A stretch of 64,000 nucleotides of DNA from Candidatus Bathyarchaeia archaeon (lineage in GTDB: Archaea; Thermoproteota; Bathyarchaeia; Bathyarchaeales; Bathycorpusculaceae): NCBI GenBank assembly GCA_050012255.1, contig JBEKHN010000008.1, positions 1-64,000 of the forward strand. The letters run 5' to 3'. Below the pieces are notes generated by a model that worked only from the letters and a program-made list of their open reading frames with translations, was not told the origin of the DNA and ran no database searches. Shown here in pieces: positions 10,186 through 18,367 of this stretch (positions are counted from its first letter, which is position 1; every line of letters begins with the position of its first letter). The position numbers and the translations under genes are program-made.

Positions 10186-11103
10186 TCAAGCTCTGCCAGA
10201 GCTTCCGAACAAGCGCATCTTTCCCCTGACAACCTCTTTCATAGCTTCTTTCGCTGGACCCAGGATCTTCCTCGGGTCAAACTCTTTCGGCGAGTTTGCG
10301 AGCACCTCGCGAACTGTTGCCGTGAAAGCGAGACGCAAGTCCGTGTCGATGTTTATCTTCGCGATTCCCATCGAGATGGCCTCTTTTATGTGGTCTTCAG
10401 GGATGCCCTTCGCTCCGCCAAGTTCCGCCCCGTACTTGCTCGCCTTCTCAATGATCCAAGTTGGAACGCTCGAAGCTCCATGTAGAACAAGCGGTATGTA
10501 GACTCTGTCGCTTATGGCTTTGAGTCTTTCGAAGTCAAGTTTGGGTTCAGCCTTGAACTTGTAAGCTCCATGAGACGTGCCGACTGCCACTGCGAGAGTG
10601 TCGACGCCTGTGCGCTCTACGAATTCTTTTGCTGAGTCAGGGTCCGTTAGAATAGCTTCTTTTTCCTCAACGGTTTTCTCCTCAACTCCAGCGAGTCTTC
10701 CAAGTTCCGCTTCAACCGCAACTCCTCTTGGATGCGCAAGGTCAATCACACGCTTGGTCAATGTGATGTTTTCTTCAAACTTCAGATGGGAACCGTCGAT
10801 CATGACCGACGTGAACCCTGCTCCTATACACTTGGAGACCGTGTCGAAGTCTTCGCCATGGTCAAGGTGAAGCGAGATTGGAACTGCAGACAATTCTGCT
10901 GCTGTCTTGGCGATTTTTGAAACGTAAGGCAGGCCAGCGTATTTGATGGCGCTCGGCGTGACAGCAACTATGGCGGGTGATTTTTCTTCGACAGCTGCTT
11001 CTGAAACTGCCAGCAAAGTTTCTAAGTTGTTTATGTTAAAGGCCCCCACTGCATAGGCTCTCTGGCGTGCTGGAACCAGTAGGTCCTTGTTTGTGACAAG
11101 CAC
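10186..11103 (-). CDS. fba: Class II fructose-1,6-bisphosphate aldolase
   Basis: LHLDHG, SVMIDGS, GTSHGAYK, LVLHGASS, KINIDTD. Confidence 0.92.
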   Translation of the reverse strand: MLVTNKDLLVPARQRAYAVGAFNINNLETLLAVSEAAVEEKSPAIVAVTPSAIKYAGLPYVSKIAKTAAELSAVPISLHLDHGEDFDTVSKCIGAGFTSVMIDGSHLKFEENITLTKRVIDLAHPRGVAVEAELGRLAGVEEKTVEEKEAILTDPDSAKEFVERTGVDTLAVAVGTSHGAYKFKAEPKLDFERLKAISDRVYIPLVLHGASSVPTWIIEKASKYGAELGGAKGIPEDHIKEAISMGIAKINIDTDLRLAFTATVREVLANSPKEFDPRKILGPAKEAMKEVVRGKMRLFGSSGRA

Positions 11104-11231
11104 GACTTTTCACCGTTGATGGAATATTGATTGTGAACGGTATAAATGGTTTGCACGTACAGACACGTTAGTTGGCCTTGCATTTCTTTTTAAACTCAAG
11201 AACACAAAAGAACACTGTGCTCGCCAAGAAA

Positions 11232-12140
11232 ATGGGGCGAACAGTTGTGAAAACAGTTGGTAGAGAAAGAGTAATCTACAGCTTCAATCCTCAGCACGAC
11301 CCAGCTGAGCACGTAACACCCGGCGACCTCATCCTAGTCGAAACCGAGGATGCCTTCAGCGGTCAGATCAGGAACGAGAAAGATTCAGTGAATGTTCTCG
11401 ACTGGTCCAGAGTTGATGGAGCTACGGGCCCCATATTCGTTGAAGACGCAAGACCAGGAGACACTCTTGTCGTTGAGATACTTGAAATAAAGGTTCCGAA
11501 GAAAGGCGTGATAGTCACTGTTCCCAGGTGTGGAATTCTGGCAGAAAAAAGGTTCAGACCTTCATCCAGAATCGTTAGGATAAGCAGGAATCACGTGAGT
11601 TTCGAAAGCCTTCGCGTTAGAGCAAACCCGATGATAGGCACAATAGGTGTGACTCCTGCAAGCGGTGAAATCCCTTGTGGTTCTCTGGGCAAGCACGGGG
11701 GCAACATGGATGTTAAGGAGGTGACCGCCGGCACCAAGCTATACCTGCCAGTTTTTGTCGAAGGCGCGTTGTTCGCGCTCGGCGATGTTCATGCGGTCCA
11801 GGCAGATGGGGAGCTGTGTGTCTCGGCGGTAGAAGTGCCCGGAGAGATTCTGTTAAGGTTTAAACTCATAAAGCGAAAGAAGCCCAAATGGCCGATACTC
11901 GAAACAAAGGATTCGTACGCTTTTCTAGCGTGTGGAGAAACGCTGGATGAGGCGGCGAGGTTTGCAGCTGAGGCTGCGGTGGAGGCTTTCATACGCAAGC
12001 ACCATTGGCCCTTCGAGACTGCTTACATGTTTGGCAGTCTTGCCATAGATCTAAAGATAAATCAGGTTGTTGATCCGAAGAAGGGTGTCAGAGCGGTGGT
12101 TTCGAAAGATCTCATAGACCTGGACAGCTTGCTCGTCTGA
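11232..12140 (+). CDS. Acetamidase/formamidase family protein
   Basis: TGPIFVEDA, HGGNMD, GDVHAVQADGE; start uncertain (11232/11247). Confidence 0.88.
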   Translation: MGRTVVKTVGRERVIYSFNPQHDPAEHVTPGDLILVETEDAFSGQIRNEKDSVNVLDWSRVDGATGPIFVEDARPGDTLVVEILEIKVPKKGVIVTVPRCGILAEKRFRPSSRIVRISRNHVSFESLRVRANPMIGTIGVTPASGEIPCGSLGKHGGNMDVKEVTAGTKLYLPVFVEGALFALGDVHAVQADGELCVSAVEVPGEILLRFKLIKRKKPKWPILETKDSYAFLACGETLDEAARFAAEAAVEAFIRKHHWPFETAYMFGSLAIDLKINQVVDPKKGVRAVVSKDLIDLDSLLV

Positions 12141-12208
12141 GGCTGTGTTTGCGTGTTGTCAGAAAATCTTGAACTAGCGAAAGATCATTTAGGCTTTGGG
12201 GATTTGTT

Positions 12209-12427
12209 GTGACCTGCTATTTTAGGCATCTTCAAGAGGTTTTCAAGAAGGCAGGGATAAGAGTTACTGAAGAGAACAAGCGAGAAGTTGACAAGATTAT
12301 TCATAGAATTGTAGGTGTCAAATACAAGGATTGCCCGGCAGCTTGGAAAGAAGTGAAAAGTAGAATCAGCGAAGATGAGGAAGGCTTCGCCTCGCGGCTC
12401 AAGGCTGAATGGAACAAGCACGGATAG
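12209..12427 (+). CDS. Small hypothetical protein
   Basis: Protein-like 72-aa ORF following the acetamidase. Confidence 0.6.
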   Translation: MTCYFRHLQEVFKKAGIRVTEENKREVDKIIHRIVGVKYKDCPAAWKEVKSRISEDEEGFASRLKAEWNKHG

Positions 12428-12483
12428 TCGAGCGCAGTCAAGAAAAAGCAAGCGCGGGCGATTAGCGCGCCGAGAATCGAGTT

Positions 12484-12624
12484 CTACTTGCTTTTTACCT
12501 TTTTCATCGGTTGCTCGCAGCACATCAGCTCGCACGTTGGTTCGCATCCACATGGCTGATCAACGAGGACAACCAGACCGCATTCCTCGCACTTGTACTT
12601 CTCACCTTTAGATTTCTTCGCCAT
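12484..12624 (-). CDS. Desulforedoxin-like Cys-rich microprotein (46 aa), absent from ORF track
   Basis: MAKKSKGEKYKCEECGLVVLVDQPCGCEPTCELMCCEQPMKKVKSK; GAGGTGA RBS. Confidence 0.8.
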   Translation of the reverse strand: MAKKSKGEKYKCEECGLVVLVDQPCGCEPTCELMCCEQPMKKVKSK

Positions 12625-12767
12625 TCAAACTCACCTCTCGCCTCTTTTCTACGTATGAATCCCTACATTTTTCGAGGTAAAAAAATATTTTCAAAACGTG
12701 TCGTTCGGCTGGGCTCTCTGCTTCAAGAAGTAAAGTTAAATTCTAGGACGTTGCACCACATAACGCT

Positions 12768-13106
12768 GTGGACCTGAAAACGGCTCTGGGAGCGATCGCG
12801 ATTGGTGTTCTCTTGTTCTTCGGCATCATATTTGCTCTAGCCTCAGTCTACGTGTCCACGAGACTGATCGTTGCATTCCTGCTGTTCGTGGTCGCCTTCG
12901 GAATAGCCTACTACATAACGAGAAAACCAAAGACGATCATACAGAAGTTGGAGGTTTCGGGGGAAATGAAGGCTGTTCCCCTCAAGTGCCCGAACTGTTC
13001 AGGTTCTGTAGATGCTAACAGCATCAAGATCGTGGACGGCGTACCCTACGCAACGTGCGCTTACTGTGGCCACACGTTTGAGGTGACTGAGGAACCGAAA
13101 TGGTGA
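12768..13106 (+). CDS. Two-TM membrane protein with C-terminal Zn ribbon
   Basis: Two hydrophobic helices, CPNC...CAYC; overlaps next start codon. Confidence 0.8.
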   Translation: MDLKTALGAIAIGVLLFFGIIFALASVYVSTRLIVAFLLFVVAFGIAYYITRKPKTIIQKLEVSGEMKAVPLKCPNCSGSVDANSIKIVDGVPYATCAYCGHTFEVTEEPKW

Positions 13107-14770
13107 AACATCATTTCTTTATCGCCACGTTGGCTGCTGTTTTTGCTTCACTGATGTTTCTGGGCTGCGGTTTGGCGCAGACAAGAGAGTATCATTTCGG
13201 TCAGGAATGGGTCAAGGTGTGGATAAGAGAGGATGCAAGTATCGACCTGTTCTATAACATCAGCATGACTCTGGATTCTGGCGCAGATATCCACTATGTT
13301 CTTGTGGGCCAGCCTAAGGGCGATTTCACGATAGGCGAAGCATGGGACCAGTACGGCAATCCGTTGTCGACGTCTGATGCGAGCTCCGGTGGCGACTACA
13401 AGGTTCAAGTCAACTTTAACCAACCGCTGATTGCCGGTCAGACCTTGTGGTTTAATCTGACCACAAACGTTGCGCACATGATTTACGAGGACAACCAGAC
13501 TAACGTTGGCTTGGAATTCATTCCTACCTGGTGGTCGGAAGCAAGTGTAGTCGACCTGCGTTTGTCAGTTGTGTTACCTTTAGGAGTAAACCAAAGCGTC
13601 ATCGGAGTGTCGGTCAAATCGGACAGTCAAACAGTGTACCGTTGGGACAACCTGCAGCCTGAGGCCGACGGTCGATGGGCGGTCTATTGGCAGCGAGAGA
13701 ACCTTGCCCCAAATCAGAATTACACGTTCGGAGTCTCGTTTCCGAAGGGGTACACGAGTTATGAAACAATGCCGTCGGGTTTAGCGGCCTTTTTCCAGCA
13801 GTATGGGCCTACATTGCTGGTATTTGGACTTTTGGCAGCTGGCATAATCGTCATTATAGTTTTAGCTCGGAAGAGAGCGTACCTGATGCCTAGGATCAGC
13901 ATGGAGACCCTTGGAGTCAGACGCGGGTTGACGGCAGTAGAGGCGTCCTACCTTCTCGAGATGAAGCCTGCGAGGATAGTCACGGAGATTCTTTACAGCC
14001 TACTACAGAAGAGGGCAGTGTGGGTTGAGTCTGCGAAGCCGTCGATCAAGCTCAGGATTATGCAGGCGTTCAAGGATAAGAAGGGAACGCGGGACATGCC
14101 GCTTCGATATTACGAGATCGATTTTCTGAATGCTCTCAAGGATGATGGAACGCTTGATGAACAGAGGCTGGCGGAGACCATTATGTCCCTCAGGGACACT
14201 GTCGAGGAGAAGATGAGTGGGTATCGAAGGAAGGACACGGTTGACTATTACAGGCAGGTTGTTGCCAAAGCTTGGGCGCAGGTGGAACAGGCAGGCACGT
14301 CTGAGCTGGCTTCCAACGCTTATGATGAGCAGCTGCTGTGGCTCTTTCTTGATCCTAGTTATCAGTCGCGGACGCAGACGGCTTTTCGTGACAGAATCTT
14401 TCAGCCAAGCCCACTGTGGCTGTGGTACTGGTACGGTTACCAGAGCTATTACCCACATCCAGTTTACAAGCCGAACGTGGAGATGCCGACTCAAGCGGCG
14501 AAGGCGCCTACGATTCCAGGCGCAGACTTTGCTAACAACATCGCATCAGCCGTGGAAAACACTTCGAACAGCATCGTGGTCAACGTTGAGAAGTTTGCCA
14601 ACTCGATTCTTCCTTTTTCCCCCGGAAAATCTTCAACAGCACCTGCCCATCACAATGCTGACTGTGTGTGTGCGTGTGCAGCCTGCGCTTGTGCCTGTGC
14701 CTGCGTGTCGTGCGCATGTGCCTGTGCCGGTGGCGGAGTGGGTATCAAAGGAGACGGTGTTCGACCATGA
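13100..14770 (+). CDS. Membrane-anchored protein (DUF2207-like) with C-terminal Cys-rich tail
   Basis: Signal peptide, beta-rich ectodomain, TM followed by RKR, tail DCVCACAACACACACVSCACACAGGG. Confidence 0.85.
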   Translation: MVKHHFFIATLAAVFASLMFLGCGLAQTREYHFGQEWVKVWIREDASIDLFYNISMTLDSGADIHYVLVGQPKGDFTIGEAWDQYGNPLSTSDASSGGDYKVQVNFNQPLIAGQTLWFNLTTNVAHMIYEDNQTNVGLEFIPTWWSEASVVDLRLSVVLPLGVNQSVIGVSVKSDSQTVYRWDNLQPEADGRWAVYWQRENLAPNQNYTFGVSFPKGYTSYETMPSGLAAFFQQYGPTLLVFGLLAAGIIVIIVLARKRAYLMPRISMETLGVRRGLTAVEASYLLEMKPARIVTEILYSLLQKRAVWVESAKPSIKLRIMQAFKDKKGTRDMPLRYYEIDFLNALKDDGTLDEQRLAETIMSLRDTVEEKMSGYRRKDTVDYYRQVVAKAWAQVEQAGTSELASNAYDEQLLWLFLDPSYQSRTQTAFRDRIFQPSPLWLWYWYGYQSYYPHPVYKPNVEMPTQAAKAPTIPGADFANNIASAVENTSNSIVVNVEKFANSILPFSPGKSSTAPAHHNADCVCACAACACACACVSCACACAGGGVGIKGDGVRP

Positions 14771-16110
14771 GTTTGCTACGCAGAGTTTTCCGTCCTCCGA
14801 GAATTCCTGAGGGGCGCTACACTTATAGGGGCAAGGGCCAATTTGCGGGTTTGGCGCTTCAGCTTCGTGTTGAGCCCGGCGGCGAGAGCGTCATGGTGAT
14901 AAACGCCAACCGTGTTCTCTTTCTGAACGAGACGGCGACGGCTTTCGCCTACTTCTTCATGCATGGACTTTCGTCGGATGACATCTTGAAAAAGATCCGC
15001 AGGGTTTACAGGGTTGACTCGAAAACTGCTAGGAGAGACTATGAGAAGCTTGTCTACGCGATCAGCACGTTGGCGCGGACGGAGAAGGTCTGTCCTATCT
15101 CTTACTTGGACGTGCAGACTGTTGAACCCTTCACTCAGAAGCTGTCGGCACCTATTCGTATGGACCTAGCCTTGACTTTCAGGTGTCAGAACGACTGTGT
15201 TCACTGCTACGCGGGTGGGCCGCATGAGACTGCTGAGCTTCACACGGATCAGTGGAAGGAGGTCATCGACCGTCTTCATGAGATAGGCGTGTTCATTCTG
15301 ACTTTCACCGGGGGAGAACCGACGCTCCGTGAGGACTTGCCAGACCTGCTGCTTCACGCACAGAGAAGGGGTGCAGTGACTGGGCTCATCACGAATGGAA
15401 GAAGGCTGAGGGACAGGAGCTATGTTGAGAGGCTTGAGAAGGCAGGGTTGGACTTTGTTCAGGTGACTTTGGAGTCTCATAAGCCCGAGGTCCATGATTT
15501 GATGACGGCCGTTCAGGGAAGCTGGAAAGAATCGGTCGCGGGGATCAGGAACGTTTTATCCACAAGGATCTATGTTACGACGAACACCACGCTGAGCACG
15601 TACAACGCCGCTGATTTCTTGAAGACCATGGATTTTCTAAAGGAACTTGGAGTTGCGGCATTCGGCTGTAACAGTCTGATTTATTCTGGAAAGGCCAGCG
15701 AGATAAGTGAAGAGTTCGTGTTGCTGCTTGAAACGTTGAACGAGCTTATGCCCAAGGTTCGCGATAGAGCTCATGAGCTTGGTTTGAAGTTTCTGTGGTA
15801 CACTCCGACTCAGTACTGCCGCTTCGACCCCGTCAAGCTCGGGTTGGGCGTCAAATCGTGCACTGCTGCCAACGTTAACATGTGCGTCGGGCCGAACGGT
15901 GACGTTTATCCGTGTCAGAGCTACTTCGAAAGCCTGGGCAACATTCTCAAAGATGCCTGGCCACGGATCTGGAACAATCCGCTGGCGGTGAAGATAAGAA
16001 ACAGGGAGTATGCCGAGCCCAAGTGCAAGGATTGTCCTCAGCTTCAGGTCTGCGGCGGCGGATGCCCCCTTGAGTTACAGAACAAGGACTACATCTGCAC
16101 CGAATCCTAG
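14767..16110 (+). CDS. Radical SAM/SPASM protein with N-terminal PqqD/RRE-like domain
   Basis: LNETA wHTH segment, CQNDCVHC, GGEP, SPASM C...GDVYPC...CKDCPQLQVCGGGC; ATGA overlap with upstream stop. Confidence 0.9.
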   Translation: MSLLRRVFRPPRIPEGRYTYRGKGQFAGLALQLRVEPGGESVMVINANRVLFLNETATAFAYFFMHGLSSDDILKKIRRVYRVDSKTARRDYEKLVYAISTLARTEKVCPISYLDVQTVEPFTQKLSAPIRMDLALTFRCQNDCVHCYAGGPHETAELHTDQWKEVIDRLHEIGVFILTFTGGEPTLREDLPDLLLHAQRRGAVTGLITNGRRLRDRSYVERLEKAGLDFVQVTLESHKPEVHDLMTAVQGSWKESVAGIRNVLSTRIYVTTNTTLSTYNAADFLKTMDFLKELGVAAFGCNSLIYSGKASEISEEFVLLLETLNELMPKVRDRAHELGLKFLWYTPTQYCRFDPVKLGLGVKSCTAANVNMCVGPNGDVYPCQSYFESLGNILKDAWPRIWNNPLAVKIRNREYAEPKCKDCPQLQVCGGGCPLELQNKDYICTES

Positions 16111-16391
16111 GCTTTGCCCGTCTTTTTTGCGTGACAAGTTTTCGTGCTTTGGTTGGCCAGTTCGAGTTTCTGCATGTGGTTCAGTCTCTTGATTCTTTTC
16201 TCCCTCTTCATGGCCTCTGCCCTTGAGCTGTGCTTCTCGAAGTAGATGAGCTTTTGCGGCTTATGCATCCTCGTGTACCTGGCACCCTTGCCTTTCATGT
16301 GAAGGTTGATTCGCCTGTTCAGGTTTTTCGTGTAGCCCGTGTAGACGTTGTTGCCTTCGCAGAGAATGACGTAGACGTAAAAGGGCGTCAT
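16107..16391 (-). CDS. GIY-YIG nuclease (UPF0213/YhbQ-like)
   Basis: FYVYVI...YTGYT...R..H..GKGARYT, EAMKRE. Confidence 0.9.
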   Translation of the reverse strand: MTPFYVYVILCEGNNVYTGYTKNLNRRINLHMKGKGARYTRMHKPQKLIYFEKHSSRAEAMKREKRIKRLNHMQKLELANQSTKTCHAKKTGKA

Positions 16392-16520
16392 GCCTAGTCA
16401 TCGCTTCTCAGCAGGACGGTTTTCCTTTTTAGCTGAAATATGATTTACCTCTGGGCGGAGATAAAAACTTATAAGAAAATTTTGTTGATAGACTAGTAAA
16501 ACCGGTCTAACTGCCTTAGG

Positions 16521-16721
16521 ATGGTTCATGTGACGAAGCTGAACAAGGTTGATGAGCTTGTGGTTTCAACGTTGAAGGACGCTGGCAAGGGTTTGACGCT
16601 TGCGGAGATCGCTGAGAAAACTGGGGAGTCTCCGAAGAAGGTTTACAAGTCTCTGCGGAAGCTCTTTGAGAACGAGATCATTGACACTGTGAACCGTCAG
16701 TACAGACTCTTGAAGAAGTAG
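16521..16721 (+). CDS. Small winged HTH protein
   Basis: LTLAEIAEKTGESPKKVYKSLRKL. Confidence 0.75.
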   Translation: MVHVTKLNKVDELVVSTLKDAGKGLTLAEIAEKTGESPKKVYKSLRKLFENEIIDTVNRQYRLLKK

Positions 16722-16738
16722 ACCGCGGGTTTCGTTGA

Positions 16739-16897
16739 CTATTTTTCTTCTTTCTTTTTCTCGGTGACGGCTTCTTTCGCTCCTTTTCCGAACGCTTTAA
16801 CAACGCCGAATCCTTTCTTAATCCCTTTTCCGACCGTTTCGCCTGCTTTGCCGGCTATTTCTTCGGCTTTTCCCTTCTTCTCTTCCTCTTCGCTCAT
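16739..16897 (-). CDS. Small hydrophilic K/E/G/A-rich protein (52 aa), absent from ORF track
   Basis: MSEEEEKKGKAEEIAGKAGETVGKGIKKGFGVVKAFGKGAKEAVTEKKKEEK; GAAGGTGG RBS. Confidence 0.7.
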   Translation of the reverse strand: MSEEEEKKGKAEEIAGKAGETVGKGIKKGFGVVKAFGKGAKEAVTEKKKEEK

Positions 16898-17043
16898 GAT
16901 GTCCACCTTCTCGTAACACGTTTTAATGGTTAGGGCTCAATTTTAAGGTTTTTGGAGATTGTCTCCAGCTTGGCGCGCGCGAGTGAAGTTGGATTTCATG
17001 TCCAAGGAGAATTCTTAAAGCTTAAGGACGCATAAGGCTCTCG

Positions 17044-17868
17044 TTGGTAAGAGGGACAAATGTGTCTTCTTTTCATGAAAATTCGGTGAAGAAGTATTAT
17101 GACGATAAAGGTTCGACATATGACGACTATTCCAAACAACTGTGGAGCAGAGTGTATGATGCTGTAACGTGGAAGATTACAGAACCTTATGTTCCTAAGA
17201 ATTCTGGAGCTCTTGTCTTTGATGCCGCCGGTGGAACTGGAAAATGGACTATTCCTATCGCTAAGTGCGGTCCAAGAGTGGTCTTAGGAGACATTTCTCG
17301 AGGTATGCTGAAGGTTGCTGAAGAGAAGATAGTCCAGCAGGGGCTACAAGACCGAGTGCAAGTCAAAGAATGCGACCTGCGCAAACTCGATTTTAGAGAC
17401 GAGACTTTTGACCTCGTGTTCTGTGAACACGCTCTTTGTTTCATAAAAGAACAGGAAACTGTCATAAAGGAACTGGTCAGGGTTCTGAAGAAAGGTCATC
17501 CCTTAATCTTGACTGGTCAGAACCGATACGTGTTGGCGCTTTCATTAGTCTCGGAAGACGCTGGTTATGCATCTAAGGTGTTGTCAAAGGAAACCCCGTT
17601 TATCATGTGTAAGAGTCTGGAAGTCTATACTCTGTCACCTCAGGAGTTCATGCAGATGCTGGAGAACAACGGTGTGACAGTAGACAGGATTGTGGGAAAA
17701 CTCTTCACTATGCCCCTCGGTTTTTCCTTGGAGAGGTTGACAAGTGAAGAATTCACTGAGGAACTCTTCGAAGAAATAATGCGCGTTGAACTTGAATTAG
17801 CCAACAGACCAGACACAGTCTGTCTCGGCTCACATTTTCAAGCAATAGGACACAAACGACGTTCGTAG
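17044..17868 (+). CDS. Class I SAM-dependent methyltransferase
   Basis: VFDAAGGTG, GDISRGML, TFDLVFC, ELVRVLK. Confidence 0.85.
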   Translation: MVRGTNVSSFHENSVKKYYDDKGSTYDDYSKQLWSRVYDAVTWKITEPYVPKNSGALVFDAAGGTGKWTIPIAKCGPRVVLGDISRGMLKVAEEKIVQQGLQDRVQVKECDLRKLDFRDETFDLVFCEHALCFIKEQETVIKELVRVLKKGHPLILTGQNRYVLALSLVSEDAGYASKVLSKETPFIMCKSLEVYTLSPQEFMQMLENNGVTVDRIVGKLFTMPLGFSLERLTSEEFTEELFEEIMRVELELANRPDTVCLGSHFQAIGHKRRS

Positions 17869-17974
17869 TCATACCTAAAATGCCCTTTGAGACGTTGAGC
17901 AATTTGGTTAGGTTTGAGGACAAAGATTGACTCTAAATCTCTTTTAAGAACACCGCCCGTAAGCTGCAACTTAC

Positions 17975-18352
17975 TTAGATGGCTAACCTTTTTCTAGTGA
18001 TTGTCAGTTTTCTCACGGTATCTTCAAAGTGTCTCGTTGCCAACGCACTCAGGAACGCCGTGACGCATCCTGCGATGAACGTGCTCACGTCAGGTATCAG
18101 GAACCCAAGTAGCATGAGGAGGGCTCCTGCGCCGGAGAGCCCCCAGCCTATTCTGTTGTGCCTCTTGTATTTTTTGATCTTGCTGTCCAAGTATTGGACA
18201 ACCATAGTGTGTTCTGCTGCGCCTGGAGACAGGTTCTTGAGGTAGTCATACTCACACTTTCTAGAACATATAGGGATGCCTAGCTCCTTGTCCTTGAACA
18301 GAAAACTCTTGCTTGGGTTCCCACAGGCAGCGCACGTCATTCTCTTTGCCAT
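17975..18352 (-). CDS. Hypothetical protein, N-terminal CxxC/CxxxC and two TMs
   Basis: CAAC...CSRKC, hydrophobic C-terminus. Confidence 0.65.
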   Translation of the reverse strand: MAKRMTCAACGNPSKSFLFKDKELGIPICSRKCEYDYLKNLSPGAAEHTMVVQYLDSKIKKYKRHNRIGWGLSGAGALLMLLGFLIPDVSTFIAGCVTAFLSALATRHFEDTVRKLTITRKRLAI

Positions 18353-18367
18353 GTTATGGCACCGTGC

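Noticed and set aside
14668-14766. Cys-rich N-terminal extension of the rSAM in the ORF track
   Set aside because: Alternate-frame read of the upstream tail; the ATGA-coupled start at 14767 is more plausible
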